Below are positions 1-12,544 of a stretch of DNA of 64,000 nucleotides, one piece after another. Position 1 is the stretch's first letter; each line of letters begins with the position of its first letter. The notes under the pieces were generated by a model. The model did no database searches. It had not been told where the DNA came from and was given only the letters and a program-made list of their open reading frames with translations. Position numbers and translations under genes: made by a program. Source of the DNA: Mobula hypostoma (lineage: Eukaryota). The stretch spans positions 43,278,001 to 43,342,000 of the forward strand of contig NC_086108.1 in NCBI RefSeq assembly GCF_963921235.1, in the 5' to 3' direction.

Positions 1-268
1 ACCTTTTAGCCCAACTGCATCCAGCACCTATCTATTTCAATAGACACTTTTCCTTCAGTAAACTGACTTACTACAGATACTACAGGAAAAAAAGAGAAAA
101 AAATCCAGGTTGTCTTTGTTGGGCTACATAAACTAAATTAGTTTTAGATATAATTTTCACACTGCATTTCAACCAGTTTCACCCAGTTCACAATTAGAAC
201 GGCCATTTTAATAGCCATTAGTGTCAGTGTTTGGAGAACACTATTGGTCATTATATCAATTATGAATA

Positions 269-1278
269 CAAGGTTGACTGCCCCTTATCCGAAGTGTCTG
301 GGGCCGGAAGCCTTTCAGATTTTGGAATACTTACATCTATATAATGAGATAGCTTGGGAATGAAACCCAAGTTTAAACACAAGATCCATTTACATTACAT
401 ATACAGTTTAACTCACAACACGCTGGAGGAACTCAGCAGGTCGGGCAGCATCTGTGGAAAAGATCGTTTGATGCTTCGGGCCAGAACCCTTCGTCAGGAC
501 TGTGACAAAGGGTTCCGGCCCGAAACATCGACTGATCTTTTCCACGGACGCTGCCTGACCTGCTGAGTTCCTCCAGCATGTTGTGAGTGTTGCTTTGACC
601 CCAGCATCTGCAGATTATTTTGTGTTTACATATACAGTTTATAATATATTTAATAATTTTGTACATGAAACAATAATGCATACACTGAACCACCAGAAAG
701 GTAAGCTATCACTACCTCAACCACCCAGGTGGACAGTCAGTGACTATTTGGCAGCTCCACCATTCATGACTCTGAACTTATGTGCTACCGGTCAAAAGTT
801 TTTGTCTTACACTTGTTCATCACACATATGTCCTGACGCAACCATTCAGCATGTTAGAATTTCATCGGCGACAATCTTGGCAAACTCATCAATAAATTTC
901 TCTGCTGCGTCATGATCAGGTGTTCTATCAACACAAATCTTTTAAAATTTCATGGTGTGCCTTTTCTTAAATTCCTGCAACCAGCCTGCTGAATATTCAT
1001 GATTACCTTTAATTGTCAGTTCATGATGGATCTTTGCTTGTTTCATGATGAGCATATGTTCATGAAGAATCTTTAATTGTTTCGTTATCAGCATATGTTC
1101 ACTGACGCTGATGAATCCACTCAGAATTCACTTCTGTTCATTATATATGTGAGGTCACTTCGCAGAACTGTTTGTGGTGTGCAGAGATCTGTGCATCGTC
1201 TAGGAATTATCCCAGCACCTTGTGGAATTTTCAGAGGTTTTCGGACATTGGAATTTTGGATAAGGGGAGCTCAACCTG
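269..1278 (-). mobile_element. Tigger/pogo-like DNA transposon, internally deleted
   Basis: TIRs CAAGGTTGACTGCCCCTTATCCGAA (269-) and TTGGATAAGGGGAGCTCAACCTG (-1278), flanked by TA on both sides. The - strand remnant EYSAGWLQEFKKRH (~960-1000) resembles the CENP-B-type HTH of pogo/Tigger transposases. Confidence 0.8.
411..625. mobile_element. Penelope pLTR-derived fold-back mini-element
   Basis: Inverted arms with apex near 498-502; 16-bp TSD TTACATATACAGTTTA at 395-410 and 626-641; similar to the pLTR at 9580-9690 and near-identical to 50964-51087. Confidence 0.85.
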
Positions 1279-3328
1279 TATTTTTGTTTCCATGTAATTT
1301 GGAGGCTTCCATTGTGTAGTTAGAATGCTGGAAACATTCAGGCAGCAATTGAAGAGAAACAGAGAAGAGCTTGTCCAAGTTAATGCCAAGTGTTTCCAAC
1401 ATTTTCTTTTTTATTTCAGATTTCTAGCATGTACACTTTAAAAAAAACCTTCTGACAATTAACAATGTAAAATGTAGCACGAATTCGTATCAGCCATGTT
1501 TTCTAATTGGATTCAGAGCAAAAAAAATCTCACGGAGACAAAAATATTTAAAAATAATGGTCTATTTGGTCACTCACACCAACGTCATTTAATAAAATCA
1601 TAATTGATCTCTACATTGGATATACCCAGCAAGAGCTGCTACAGAATTCCATAGAGTCACCACCATCTGAAAACATTTCTCTGCATTTCTTTACTGAACC
1701 ATTGTCCCCGTTTTGAAATTGTGGTTCCTGGTTCTAAACACCTGGTGTGAGGAAACATCATACCTAAATCTAGTCTGTCAGACCCCATAATAATTTTTGC
1801 CTGTTTCAGTGATGTAATTTTCTAATGCTCTCATTCAAAATTCATTCAAATGGATAAAGCTCTAATAATAAGTTCCATAACCATGATTACCCAAAAGTTT
1901 GAACAGTTTTAGGAGGTAGCCCCATCTAGCAAACTACTAGCAATTCACAAACAACATACTACGAGCTCAAGTTCATGATGTAATACTCTCTTTATTACTC
2001 TGTTTCAAGAAAGCAGTCATATTGGAATATTCAATTAGTTTCCTCATGATTGTAGACTGTATCTGCCTAGCTGCAGAAGTTTTACACTGAAGTATTTTCC
2101 ATACTATATTGTTACAGACACAAAACAATATATAAGGTATCAATGACTCCTTGCCTACCGCACCAATCCCTTTTTTGTCCTCATTATGAGCTGCTTTCTT
2201 AACAGCAGAAATTGCATATGTGGTTCTGCCTATTTGTCTTCCATGAAATCACTTATCAACTCTTCCAAGGAAATTTAAAAGCAAATGCCAAATTAATTTT
2301 AAGTAGTATAGTCCATAATGCAGTAGATTAAAGTTGAAAACAGTCAGGGGACATGAAAAATATTAACAATTGGTAAAGAGGAAAACAAAGCCTGTGTTTT
2401 AAGATTTTCAAGATTCCAATAGAAGGGAAGCTCTAAAGAATAAAACAGTGTTGAATGTTGCTTTCAAAATAACTAGTTGTAATGTATGTAAGAGCAAGTA
2501 AAACCAGTCATATCAAGAATTACTTGTATCCTGTCCAGGAGCCTTGTGTCAAAAATGTAGAAGTGCTTCTGCTGTCTGCACAGAGCATTCAAAATGGTTT
2601 ACAACATCTAGTATTCTTTTCTTTTTACATACAGATTAATGTCATTAAGTTACTGTAAGCTACTTGGTTTGTTTGGCAATATTGCAGGTCTGAGGAATCA
2701 TCTCAAGAATTCACACATAATTTTGATTTATACTAATACAACACTGAATTTCATGAGGTAATAGCTTTTTAGGATAAATAGCAAACTTGAGATGTTAATG
2801 TTACTCTATTGAGAAGGAAAACAAATTATTCTGATAGTTGATCCAATATACTTTCTTCAACCTAAAAACATTAGTGTCTGCATGTCAAAAGCATCCCAAT
2901 GATTGGTGAGATACATTAGTTCATTCAACCTTCAGCCATGAAAGAAGCTATCTAAACTACAAGTTTGTCTTTCTTTGACACAGGGCAGCCAGCCATACAT
3001 CCCATTTCTATTTGTGGGATTTTGTTGTGTACAGATACCTCATTTGTACACTGGACTGTAACAATGTTTGAAGGAAATGATGAGGCACAATTCAAACACA
3101 ATAGTCTTTAAAACAAAAATTATTCACCAGATTACATGGTCAATATTAAGTTGTACTCTTAGAAATTTTCTTATACAAAACACAAGACAAATGAAGAGGT
3201 ACACTCTTGCATTGTAAAATACGTCCTAGTCAAAAATTAACCAGTAAATCAATTTTATGAACAAAAGATTTGTTGACTGGGCCCACAGCAATTCTGGAAC
3301 ACAAAATCATCATTTGGAATCAACTTAC

Positions 3329-3404
3329 CATTCCTTCACATTAACTTCTGTAATCCCTTCTCCAATGTCAGAAAGTTTAAACTGAACAACTTGACCATTA
3401 ACAG
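3329..3404 (-). CDS. DBT: DBT exon 3 (start of lipoyl domain)
   Basis: ttgcag|CT GTT AAT...GAA TG|gtaagt; 76 nt, phase 1 to 2; translates (A)[24 protein letters not shown](W), matching vertebrate [26 protein letters not shown]. Confidence 0.96.
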
Positions 3405-3497
3405 CTGCAAAAGTAAGTAAAAGGTAAGTCAACAGTTGACACAACTAACCATGTTAAATTAGGAGTTCAAAGAGAAACTAGTGAACATTGCAATTAC

Positions 3498-3618
3498 CAG
3501 CAGAGGTTCTTAAATATCTTGACTGTACGCAGACTTGAATAGATGACTTGTTAAATATAGGATATTGTGGCTTCATAAAATGACCATTACTACAACATCT
3601 ATAGTGGTGCACACATAC
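3498..3618 (-). CDS. DBT: DBT exon 2 (mitochondrial presequence region)
   Basis: Polypyrimidine tract tgtctctgtttctctgccag|GTA...GCT G|gtaatt; 121 nt, phase 0 to 1; VCVHHYRCCSNGHFMKPQYPIFNKSSIQVCVQSRYLRTSA resembles human ICVRYFQTCGNVHVLKPNY...HFLKTTA; in frame with exon 3. Confidence 0.88.
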
Positions 3619-4113
3619 CTGGCAGAGAAACAGAGACAATTAACAGATGTAACAATATAGACTTCAATGGCAGTATTGCAATTGTAACAACCTCTAAGAA
3701 ATGGGAAAGGGAAAATTGAGAAATTTGACATTTGCAATTCAAAATCTCTTCCTATGCTCTTCACAGAGAATGGGCAATCATTCATAACTTCTGTTACTGC
3801 TACTGCTGAACAACAGGAAACAAAAACAGCATTATTGGGAAGGACCCATCACCTTGAATAGCAGTGGTCAGTGGTCAGTGGTCTTGGCTGTTGGTCTGCC
3901 AAGACAGCATCAATTATGGTTTAACCACAAGAGAAACTTCTGCCTCAAACTGGCAGAAGGCCAAACATCTTGTGCAAAGGGCAAAGAAGTCATTTTCCCA
4001 CAAGGACATATTTCTATGTGTATGATGGGGGTATATTGCTTACCTCTGAGCTTCATTATCAATTATCTGGCCAATCAATGCCATCACAAACTTTGACAAA
4101 TATGCTCTTAGAA

Positions 4114-4342
4114 TCGCAAACAGGAGGAAATCTGCAGATGCTGGAATTTCAAGCATCACACACACAAAAGTTGCTGGTGGATGCAGCAGGCCAGGCAGCA
4201 TCTATAGGAAGAGGTACAGTCGATGTTTTGGGCTGAGACCCTCCGTCAGGACTAACGAAGGGTCTCGGCCCGAAACGTCGACTGTACCTCTTCCCATAGA
4301 TGCTGCCCGGCCTGCTGCGTTCACCAGCAACTTTTATGTGTG
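4114..4342. mobile_element. Penelope pLTR-derived fold-back mini-element
   Basis: Inverted arms with apex near 4250-4256; 12-bp TSD ATGCTCTTAGAA at 4102-4113 and 4343-4354. Confidence 0.87.
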
Positions 4343-4629
4343 ATGCTCTTAGAAGTTATTTTAAAAGTTAATGCTTTTAAGAGTAAAAGCAGCTAGAAGC
4401 TCCAACCATTCCCCTTTTTTACTATGCAATATGAAACAGTAATGATGAAAACACCAGTGAAACAATTTTAATCATCCTGTATGCCCTATTACCATAGAAT
4501 GCAACAAGTATAGTTTATGGTTAACCGTATTTTTCCATTGTGTTGAATTTGATTTTCACTAAAGTGAACCTTACCCTGCTATACAGAGAATTTATCCAAA
4601 ATAGTTTAACAGTTAAATAATTAAGTCAA

Positions 4630-5400
4630 TGAGTTCTTCCACTACCTTCTGGCTAAAGAAATTCCTCATCATGGTTCTAAATGGACATCTCTCTATTCTG
4701 AGGCTATGCCCTCTGGTCTTAGACTTACTCACTATATAAAGCATCCTCTCCACATCCACTCGATCAAGGCCTTTCAATATCTGATGGGTTTCAATGAGAA
4801 ACCCCCCCCCCATTCTTCTAGACTCCAGCACGTACAGGACAGAGCCATCAAACACTCTTCATATGTTAACTATTTCATTCCCAGAATTATTCTCGTGAAC
4901 TCCCTCTTAACCCTCTCTAATGCCATCATTTCTTTGATAAGAGGCCCAAAACTGCTCACAATACTCCAAGTCCATCATGCACAAGGATTCCCAAGTTCTT
5001 TTGCATCTCTGATTTATGGAATTTTCTCCCTGTTTAGAAAATAGTCCACTCCTTTATTCCTTCTACCAAAGTGCATGACTGTACAATTCCCAGCACTATA
5101 CTCCATCTGCCTCTTCTTTACCCATTCTCCAAACTGTCCAAGTCCTTCTGCAGACTCACTGTTTCCTCAACACTACCTGCCCCTCCATCGATCTTTTACT
5201 GTCTGCAAACTCGGGCACAAAGACATCAATTCCACCGAACAAATCGCTAACATATAAAAGGAAGCAGTCTCTATACCGACCTCTACTGAACACAAGTCAC
5301 TGGCAGCCAACCAGTACAGGCCCCCTTTATTCCCACTCTTTGCCTCCTGCCAGTCAGCCAATCTTCTATCCATGCAGGTATCTTTCCTGTAATTCCTGCT
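4630..5400 (-). mobile_element. CR1 LINE fragments (RT C-terminal part)
   Basis: - strand ORF pieces such as LIETHQILKGLDRVDVER...TRGHSLRI are homologous to the C-terminus of the 22938-24533 CR1 ORF. Confidence 0.75.
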
Positions 5401-5439
5401 AAGCAAGGTATCAGCTCATGGTATTACAGGAAAGAGAAG

Positions 5440-6532
5440 TATGAGGAAAGCAGAGGTGGAGAGGTTCAACAACCTTAAATTCCTCAAAGTTATTATTTCG
5501 GAGGACCTGTCTTGGGCCCAACACGCAAGTGCAATTACTAAGGAAGCACGGCAGCACCTCTAACTCCTTAGGAATTTGCTAACATTTGGCTTGACATCTG
5601 AAAACTCTGATAAACTTCTATAGATGTGTAGTAGAGAGTATATTGACTGGGTGCATTGTTGTACAGCCTCACCATCAGAGGACTTTAGGCTCAGACCCAG
5701 GGAATAATTGTCAAACACAGTTTACTTAAAATTATATACTGTTTCTTAGGAAGCTTATATCACTCTGTTGAACTGCAAAGTTTCACTCAGTTGAACTACA
5801 AAGTTCCATTCGTAGAGCTTGGGAAAACCTGCAAATCAAGTGAGCACCTAAATATTGTCTGGGGCTGCTGTTAAACAATTTGTTATCACATACATACTCT
5901 GATAAGGGTACCCAGTAGCTATCTCATGCAACAAACACTTCTTTGTTCATACGTTATTCTCACAGCATGACTTGTCAAGCTGCCAATAAGTCAGTTAGGT
6001 TTTAGCCCTTTTAATTCTGCATATAATTCCTCAGCACCATATAGCATGGTATGGAAACACCAATGCCCATGAACAGAAAATAGTGGATACGGTCCAATCC
6101 ATCACAGGTAAAGTCCTGCCCAGCCTTGAGCACATCTGCACAAAATGTTGTCACAGGAAAGCAGCATTCATCATCAGGGACCCCCACCACCTAGAGCATA
6201 TTCTCTTCTCGCTAGTGCCATCAGGAAGGTGGTTCGGGAGCCACAGGACTCACACCACCATGTTCAAGAACAGTTACTATCCCTCAACCAACACTCAACT
6301 TCACTTGCCCCATCATTGAAATGATCCCGCAAACTATGGACTCACTTTCAAAGACTCTTCATCCCCTTGCTTATTTACGATTATTATTCTTTCTTTTTGT
6401 ATCTGCAGTTTATTGTCTTTTACATACTGGTTGAATGCCCAAATTGGTGCAGGCTTTCATTAATGCTATTATGATAATTATGCCAATATGAATTTATTGA
6501 GTATGCCCATAAGAAAATTAATCTCAGGGTTG
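5440..6532 (+). mobile_element. Rex/Babar-like LINE 3' fragment, interrupted by the Tigger-like element (tail resumes at 8034-8082)
   Basis: IIRDPHH...LFSLVPSGRW motif (6083-6319); the 3' UTR AATCTCAGGGTTGTA continues as TATGGTGAC...AATAAATCTACTTTGAACTTTGA after the transposon. Confidence 0.7.
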
Positions 6533-6534
6533 TA

Positions 6535-8031
6535 CAGGTGTCCCCCGCTTTTCGAACGATCACTTTACAGAACCTCACTGCTACAAAAGACCTACATTAG
6601 TACCCTGTTTTCGCAAACAGAAGGTGTTTTCACTGTTACGATAAAAGTCAGCGCGCACCCCGAGCAGCCGCTTTCCCCCGGATTCGGAACTGCGTTCTCA
6701 CCGGCATTGCTTAAACACGTGCCTGTGAGCAGTCATTTGCAAGATGAGTTCTATGGTATCGGAAAAGCCTGAAAGAGCTCATAAGGGTGTTACACTTAGC
6801 GTAAAACTAGACATAATTAAGCGTTTTGATCGTGGTGAATGAAGTAAGGACAAAATGAGCCTGGCTTGTGGAAGCTGACGAGGATGATGTTGAGGAGGTT
6901 TTGGCATCCCATGACCAAGAACTGATAGATGAAGAGCTGATGCAATTGGAAGAGGAAAGGATAACAATCGAAACCGAATGAGTAATGATAAAGTAATTTT
7001 GAAAGGGTACGTCAGTTTAGGGCATATTTGCAGGATGGTTTGAGTGCTTACAAAGAACTGTATGACAGAAAAATGCGCGAGGCTCAGCAGTCAAGCAAGC
7101 TTTCCACATCAGCCACAGCAGACGACGAACCTCGACCTTCGACATTGAAGCGGGCAGTCATAGGAGATGAGCTGCCTGCTCTAATGGAAACAGACGACTA
7201 TGGGATGACACCCCAGTGTCCCACCACCCCAACACCAAGGCCTCAGACAGATACCGATTCGCGGAGAATGCAGCAGTAGCCGGGAGGCACACAGCACATC
7301 TTTAAGAAAAAAGCCGAAATAAACGTGCTAATTAGGTGCCGCCCAACACGTAATTGTCGGCCCAGATCAGAGGTGATGCAATTGGCAATCAGCACTGATC
7401 TGGGCCGACAATTACATGCCGTGAGGCACCTAATTAATTAGCATGTTTATTTTGGCTTTTTTCTTAAAGATATGCTGTGTGTCTCCTGGCTACCACTGTA
7501 CCCCTGCATGCTTCGCAGATCGGTATCGATTTGCTGCCCGGAGGGTGGGGGCCACTGCACCACCCAAACTCCGACGACTCAGTCTAACACACCACCATCA
7601 GTGTGCTCCGTGCTTTCCCAATCCCGAATTATTTCTACTTTATAACAGCTGTGTATTTTTACGTGTTATTTGGTATGATTTGGCAGCTTCATAGCTTAAA
7701 GGTTACTGCAGAGCGCTTGCGCCGTGTTTTTGCTGACTGCGCTTGCGTGAGTTTTTCGCTACGGAGAACAGTTCAGGCAATGATTGTGGAAAAGTATTTC
7801 TACTTTATATAAGCTGTGTATTTATCATATCATTCCTGCTTTTACTATAGTTACAGTTATTTTAGGTTTTATGTGTTATTTGGCATGATTTGGTAGGTTA
7901 TTTTTGGGTCTGCGAACGCTCACAAAATATTCCCATATAAATAAATGGTAATTGCTTCTTCACTTTATGACATTCCGGCTTACGAACCGTTTCATAGGAA
8001 CGCTCTACCTTCAGATGGCGGGGGAAACCTG
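6535..8031 (+). mobile_element. Tigger/pogo-like non-autonomous DNA transposon, copy A
   Basis: Ends CAGGTGTCCCCCGC...GCGGGGGAAACCTG with TA on both sides; transposase C-terminal remnant at 7028-7279; highly similar to 10060-11535 in reverse orientation. Confidence 0.85.
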
Positions 8032-8779
8032 TATATGGTGACGTATATGTACTTCAGTAATAAATCTACTTTGAACTTTGAAGCAGCTTCATGTGCGGCA
8101 CCTTGTCAAAGCCAGGTAAACAAAATCCAACTAACTCTTTGTCTATCCTGCCTGTTATTTCCTCAAAGACTTCCAACAGATCTGTCAGGCAAGATTTCCC
8201 CTGAAGGAAACCATGCTGACTCTGGCCTATTTTACCATGTGCCTCGAGTAGCCCAAAACTTCATCCTTAATAATGGACTCCAAAATCTACCCAACCATTG
8301 AAGTCAGGCCAATTGGCCTACAACTTCCTTCTGCCTCCCTTCCTTCTTAAACAGTGGAGAGATATTTGTAATTTTTCTGTACTCTGGAACCATTCCAGAA
8401 TCTAGCGATTTTTGAAAGATCATTACTCTGCCTCCATAACCTCTTTAGCTACCTCTTTCAGAACCCTGGCACGTAGACCACCTGGGCCAGGTGACTTATC
8501 TATATTCGGACCTTGCGGCTTCCCAAGCACCTTCGCCTTAGTAGTAGCAACTACACTCACTCCTGCCCCTAGATATTCTCAAATTTCAGTATACAGGTAG
8601 TGCCTTCCACAGTGACTGACAAAAACATCCCCCATTTCTACCCCCCCCCAGCAATTATTACCTCTCCAACATCACTTTCCAGCAGTCCAAAATCCAATCT
8701 CACCTCTCTCTCTTACCCTTTATATATCTGAAAAACTTTGGTATCTTCTTTTATATTATTGGTTAGCTTACCATCATAT

Positions 8780-9690
8780 TCCACATCTTTCCCTCCCCCC
8801 CGCCCTCTGCTTTCTGCAGGGATCGCTCCCTACGTGACTCCCTTGTCCATTCGGGCCCCCCATCCCTCCCCACTGATCTCCCTCCTGGCACTTATCCGTG
8901 TAAGCGGAACAAGTGCTACACATGCCCTTACACTTCCTCCCTTACCACCATTCAGGGCCCCAGACAGTCCTTCCAGGTGAGGCGACACTTCACCTGTGAG
9001 TCGGCTGGGGTGATATACTGCGTCTTGTGCTCCCGATGTGGTCTTCTATATATTGGCGAGACCCGACGCAGACTGGGAGACCGCCTCGCTGAACACCTAC
9101 GCTCTGTCCACCAGAGAAAGCAGGATCTCCCAGTGGCCACACATTTTAATTCCACATCCCATTCCCATTCTGACATGTCTATCCACGGCCTCCTCTACTG
9201 TAAAGATGAAGCCACACTCAGGTTGGAGGAACAACACCTTATATTCCGTCTGGGTAGCTTCCAACCTGATGGCATGAACATCGACTTTTCTAACTTCCAC
9301 TAATGCCCCACCTCCCCCTCGTACCCCATCCGTTATTTATTTTTATACACACATTCTTTCTCTCACTCTCCTTTTTCTCCCTCTGACTATACCCCTTGCC
9401 CATCATCTGGGTTCTCACCCCCTTGTCTTTCTCCCCAGACCTCCTGTCCCATGATCCTCTCATATCCCCTTTGCCAATCACCTGTCCAGCTCTTGGCTCC
9501 ATCCCTCCCCCTCCTGTCTTCTCCTATCATTTTGGATCTCCCCTCCCCCTCCCAGTTTCAAATCTCTTACCAACTCTTCCTTCAGTTAGTCCTGATGAAG
9601 GGTCTCGGCCTGAAACGTCGACTGTACCTCCTCCTAGAGATGCTGCCTGGCCTGCTGCGTTCACCAGCAACTTTGATGTGTGTTGCTATT
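8780..9690 (+). mobile_element. Penelope-like element 3' part: GIY-YIG endonuclease plus pLTR
   Basis: ORF 8977-9303 has VIYCVLCSRCGLLYIGETRRRLGDRLAEH...VATHFN...EQHLIFRLGSFQPDGMN (GIY-YIG with Cys-rich motif typical of PLEs), followed by a pyrimidine-rich 3' UTR and the pLTR. Confidence 0.92.
9588..9623 (+). ncRNA. Minimal type I hammerhead ribozyme motif in Penelope pLTR
   Basis: AGUC-CUGAUGA-AGGGUCUCGGCCU-GAAAC-GUC^GACU: stem I AGUC/GACU, core CUGANGA and GAAA, stem II AGG/CCU, collapsed palindromic stem III (ACGU). Activity untested. Confidence 0.75.
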
Positions 9691-10059
9691 TCATCCTTTC
9701 TCTCCTTTTGCTGCTCTGCTATCAGCCCTGCTAGAGTCTCTTTCCCAAAAACTTTGGCCAGCTTCCCTCTCATGCCACCGTAATACCTTATACTCCACTA
9801 CAATACTGATACATTTGACTTTAGCTTCTCCCTCTTAAATTGCAGGGTGAATTCTATCATATTATGATCACTTTCTTCTAAGGGTTCCATTACCTTAAGT
9901 TTCCTCATCAAACATGGTTCATTACACAACATCCGATCCAGAATTGTTTTTCCCCTAGTGGGCTCAACCACACACTGCACCAAAAAAAAAGCCATCTTGT
10001 AGACATTCTATAAATTCCCTCTTTTGGGATCTAGCACCAACCTGACATCCCTATGACTA

Positions 10060-11535
10060 CAGGTTTCCCCCGCCATCTGAAGGTAGAGCGTTCCTATGAA
10101 ACGGTTTGTAAGCCGGAATGTCGTAAAGCGAAGAAGCAATTACCATTTATTTATATGGGAAAATTTTGTGAGCGTTCACAGACCCAAATATAACCTACCA
10201 AATCATGCCAAATAACACACAAGACCTAAAATAACAGTAACATGTAGTAAAAGCAGGAATGATATGATAAATACGCAGCTTATATAAAGTAGAAATACTT
10301 TTCCACAATCATTGCCTGAACTGTTCTCCATAGCGAAAATCCCACACAACCGCTCTCGGCAAAAACACGGCGCAAGCACTCTCCAGTAACTTTTAAGCTA
10401 TGAAGCTGCCAAATCATACCAAATAACACGTAAAAATACACAGCCGATATAAAGTAGAAATAATGTATGTACAGTGTAGTATCACTCACCAGAATTGGGA
10501 CAGCGCTGAGCACACTGATGATGGTGGGTTAGACTGAGTCGTCGGAGGTTGGGGTGGTGCAGTGGCCCCCACCCTCCAGGCAGCGAACTGATACCGATCT
10601 GCGAAGAATGCAGTGGTACAGCGGTATCCGGGAGGCACACAGCAGATCTTAATGAAAAAAGCCGAAATAAACATGCTAATTAATTAGGTACCGCCCGGCA
10701 GGTAATTAATTAGCATGTTTATTTTGGCTTTTTTCTTAAAGAGTGCTGGCTGCCTCCCGGCTACTGCTGCATTCTCCGCGAATCAGTATCTGTCCGCAGC
10801 CTGGGGGTTGGGGTGGTGGGACACTGAGGTGTCATCTCATCGTCGTCTGTTTCCATTAGGGTAGGCAGCTCATCATCTTCTATCTCTGCCTGCCTCAATG
10901 TCGAAGGTCGAGGTTCGTCGTCTGCCGTGGCTGATGTGGAAGGCTTGAAAAACAACAGTATGCTTGACTGCTGAGCCTCGCGCATTTTTAGATCATACAG
11001 TTCTTTGTAAGCACTCAAACCATCCTGCAAATACGCCCTAAACTGACGTACCCTTTCAAAATTAAAGTCGTACTTTATCATTACTCATTCGGTTTCAATT
11101 GTTATCCTTTCCTCTTCCAATTGCATCAGTTCTTCATCTATCAGTTCTCGGTCATGGGATTCCAAAACCTCTTCAACATCATCTTCGTCAATTTCCACAA
11201 GCCAAACTCACTTTGTCCTTACTTCGCTCACCATGATCGAAATGCTTAATTATGTCTAGTTTTACGCTTACGAGCTCTTTTAGGCTTTTCCGATACCTTA
11301 GAACTCATCTTGCTAACGGCTGCTCACAGGCACGTGTTTAAGCAATGCCGGCGAGAATGCCGTTCCGAATCCGGGGGAGAGCAGCTGCTCAGGGCGCGGG
11401 CTGCCTTTTATCGCGCGCTGCCTTTTTTCATAACAGTGAAAACACCTTCTGTTAGCGAAAACAGGGAACTAATGTAGGTCTTTCGTAACAGTGAGGTTTC
11501 GTAAAGAAAAATGCTTGAAAAGCAGGGGACCCCTG
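10060..11535 (-). mobile_element. Tigger/pogo-like non-autonomous DNA transposon, copy B
   Basis: TA|CAGGTTTCCCCCGC...GCAGGGGACCCCTG|TA; ORF 10761-11081 matches the copy A remnant (AYKELYD.KMREAQQSS). Confidence 0.85.
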
Positions 11536-12544
11536 TATTGGAATATTGCCCTCATTACATGCCTTTTCTATCTCTTGCTGTAACTTATATCTGACATCCT
11601 GGCTACTGTATTGGGGGCCTGTATACAGCTCCCATCAGGATCTTATTACCCTTGCCATTCCTTAACTCCACGCACAAGGATTATACAACTTCTGTTCCTA
11701 TGTCACCTCTTACTAAGAATTTGATTTCATTTTTTACCAACAGAACCAGCCCGCCACCTCTGCCTACCTGTCTGTCATTTCAAAACAACTTGTATCCTTG
11801 GATGTTAAGCTTCCAACTATGATCTTCTTTCAGCCACTTCTCAGTGATGCCCATGTCATAACTGCCTATTTCTAACTGTGCTACAGACCTTCTAACTTAT
11901 TCTATATACTGCATGCATTCAAATATAACACCTTTAGTCCTGTGTTCATCACTCTTTTCAATTTTACCCTCATGTTACACTTCAACTCATTCCAGTAGCT
12001 GTATTTTGCCCTACCATCTGCCTCACAGTCGCACAATACAATGCATCAACTTGTATACCAATTATCCCAGCCTCTTTCTCCATCCTCCTGCTAGAATTAG
12101 TTTAAACCCTCTCCAACAGCTCACGTAAACTTGCTTGCAAGGATATTGGTTCCCCCAAGGTTCAGGTGTAACCCATCGTTTTTGTACAAGACATAGCTTT
12201 TCCCAGAAGAGACCCCAACGATCCAGAAATCTGAAACACTGATCCCTGGACCATTCCCTTGGCTAATCATTCATCTATACTATCATCCTATTCCTGCCCT
12301 GACCAGCACATGGCACTGGGAGTAATTGAGACCATGCACTCCCATTTCACAGCAACTCCAGCATACATCACCACCCTGCATCTCTTAGACCCATACTATT
12401 AAAATGACCTCTGTGCAAGTGCAGAACTTTCATGGTTCTGTGGAAGCAGATACAGACCATCCAATCTCTAACACCCTAACAAAATAGGGATGGATGGTTA
12501 ATCCTGCCAATCCTCATGAAGATTTATTGCTTCTTTCTTTGTAT

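Larger units (their letters stand above)
8110..12330 (-). mobile_element. Old CR1 LINE interrupted by Penelope (~8780-9690) and Tigger-like copy B
   Basis: CR1 RT-like, endonuclease-like (TILD...NEP...SDHNMIEF, 9798-9995) and ORF1-like pieces are collinear across the insertions. Confidence 0.7.

Noticed and set aside
411..625. Hairpins as miRNA precursors, DNA-transposon MITEs or CRISPR-like repeats
   Set aside because: Arms are homologous to the Penelope pLTR, are asymmetric, and have variable 11-16 bp TSDs typical of retrotransposition; there is no repeat-spacer array.
1..3328. DBT exon 4 (YVKEGD...EVQSDK)
   Set aside because: No matching frame found by eye; presumably left of the window.
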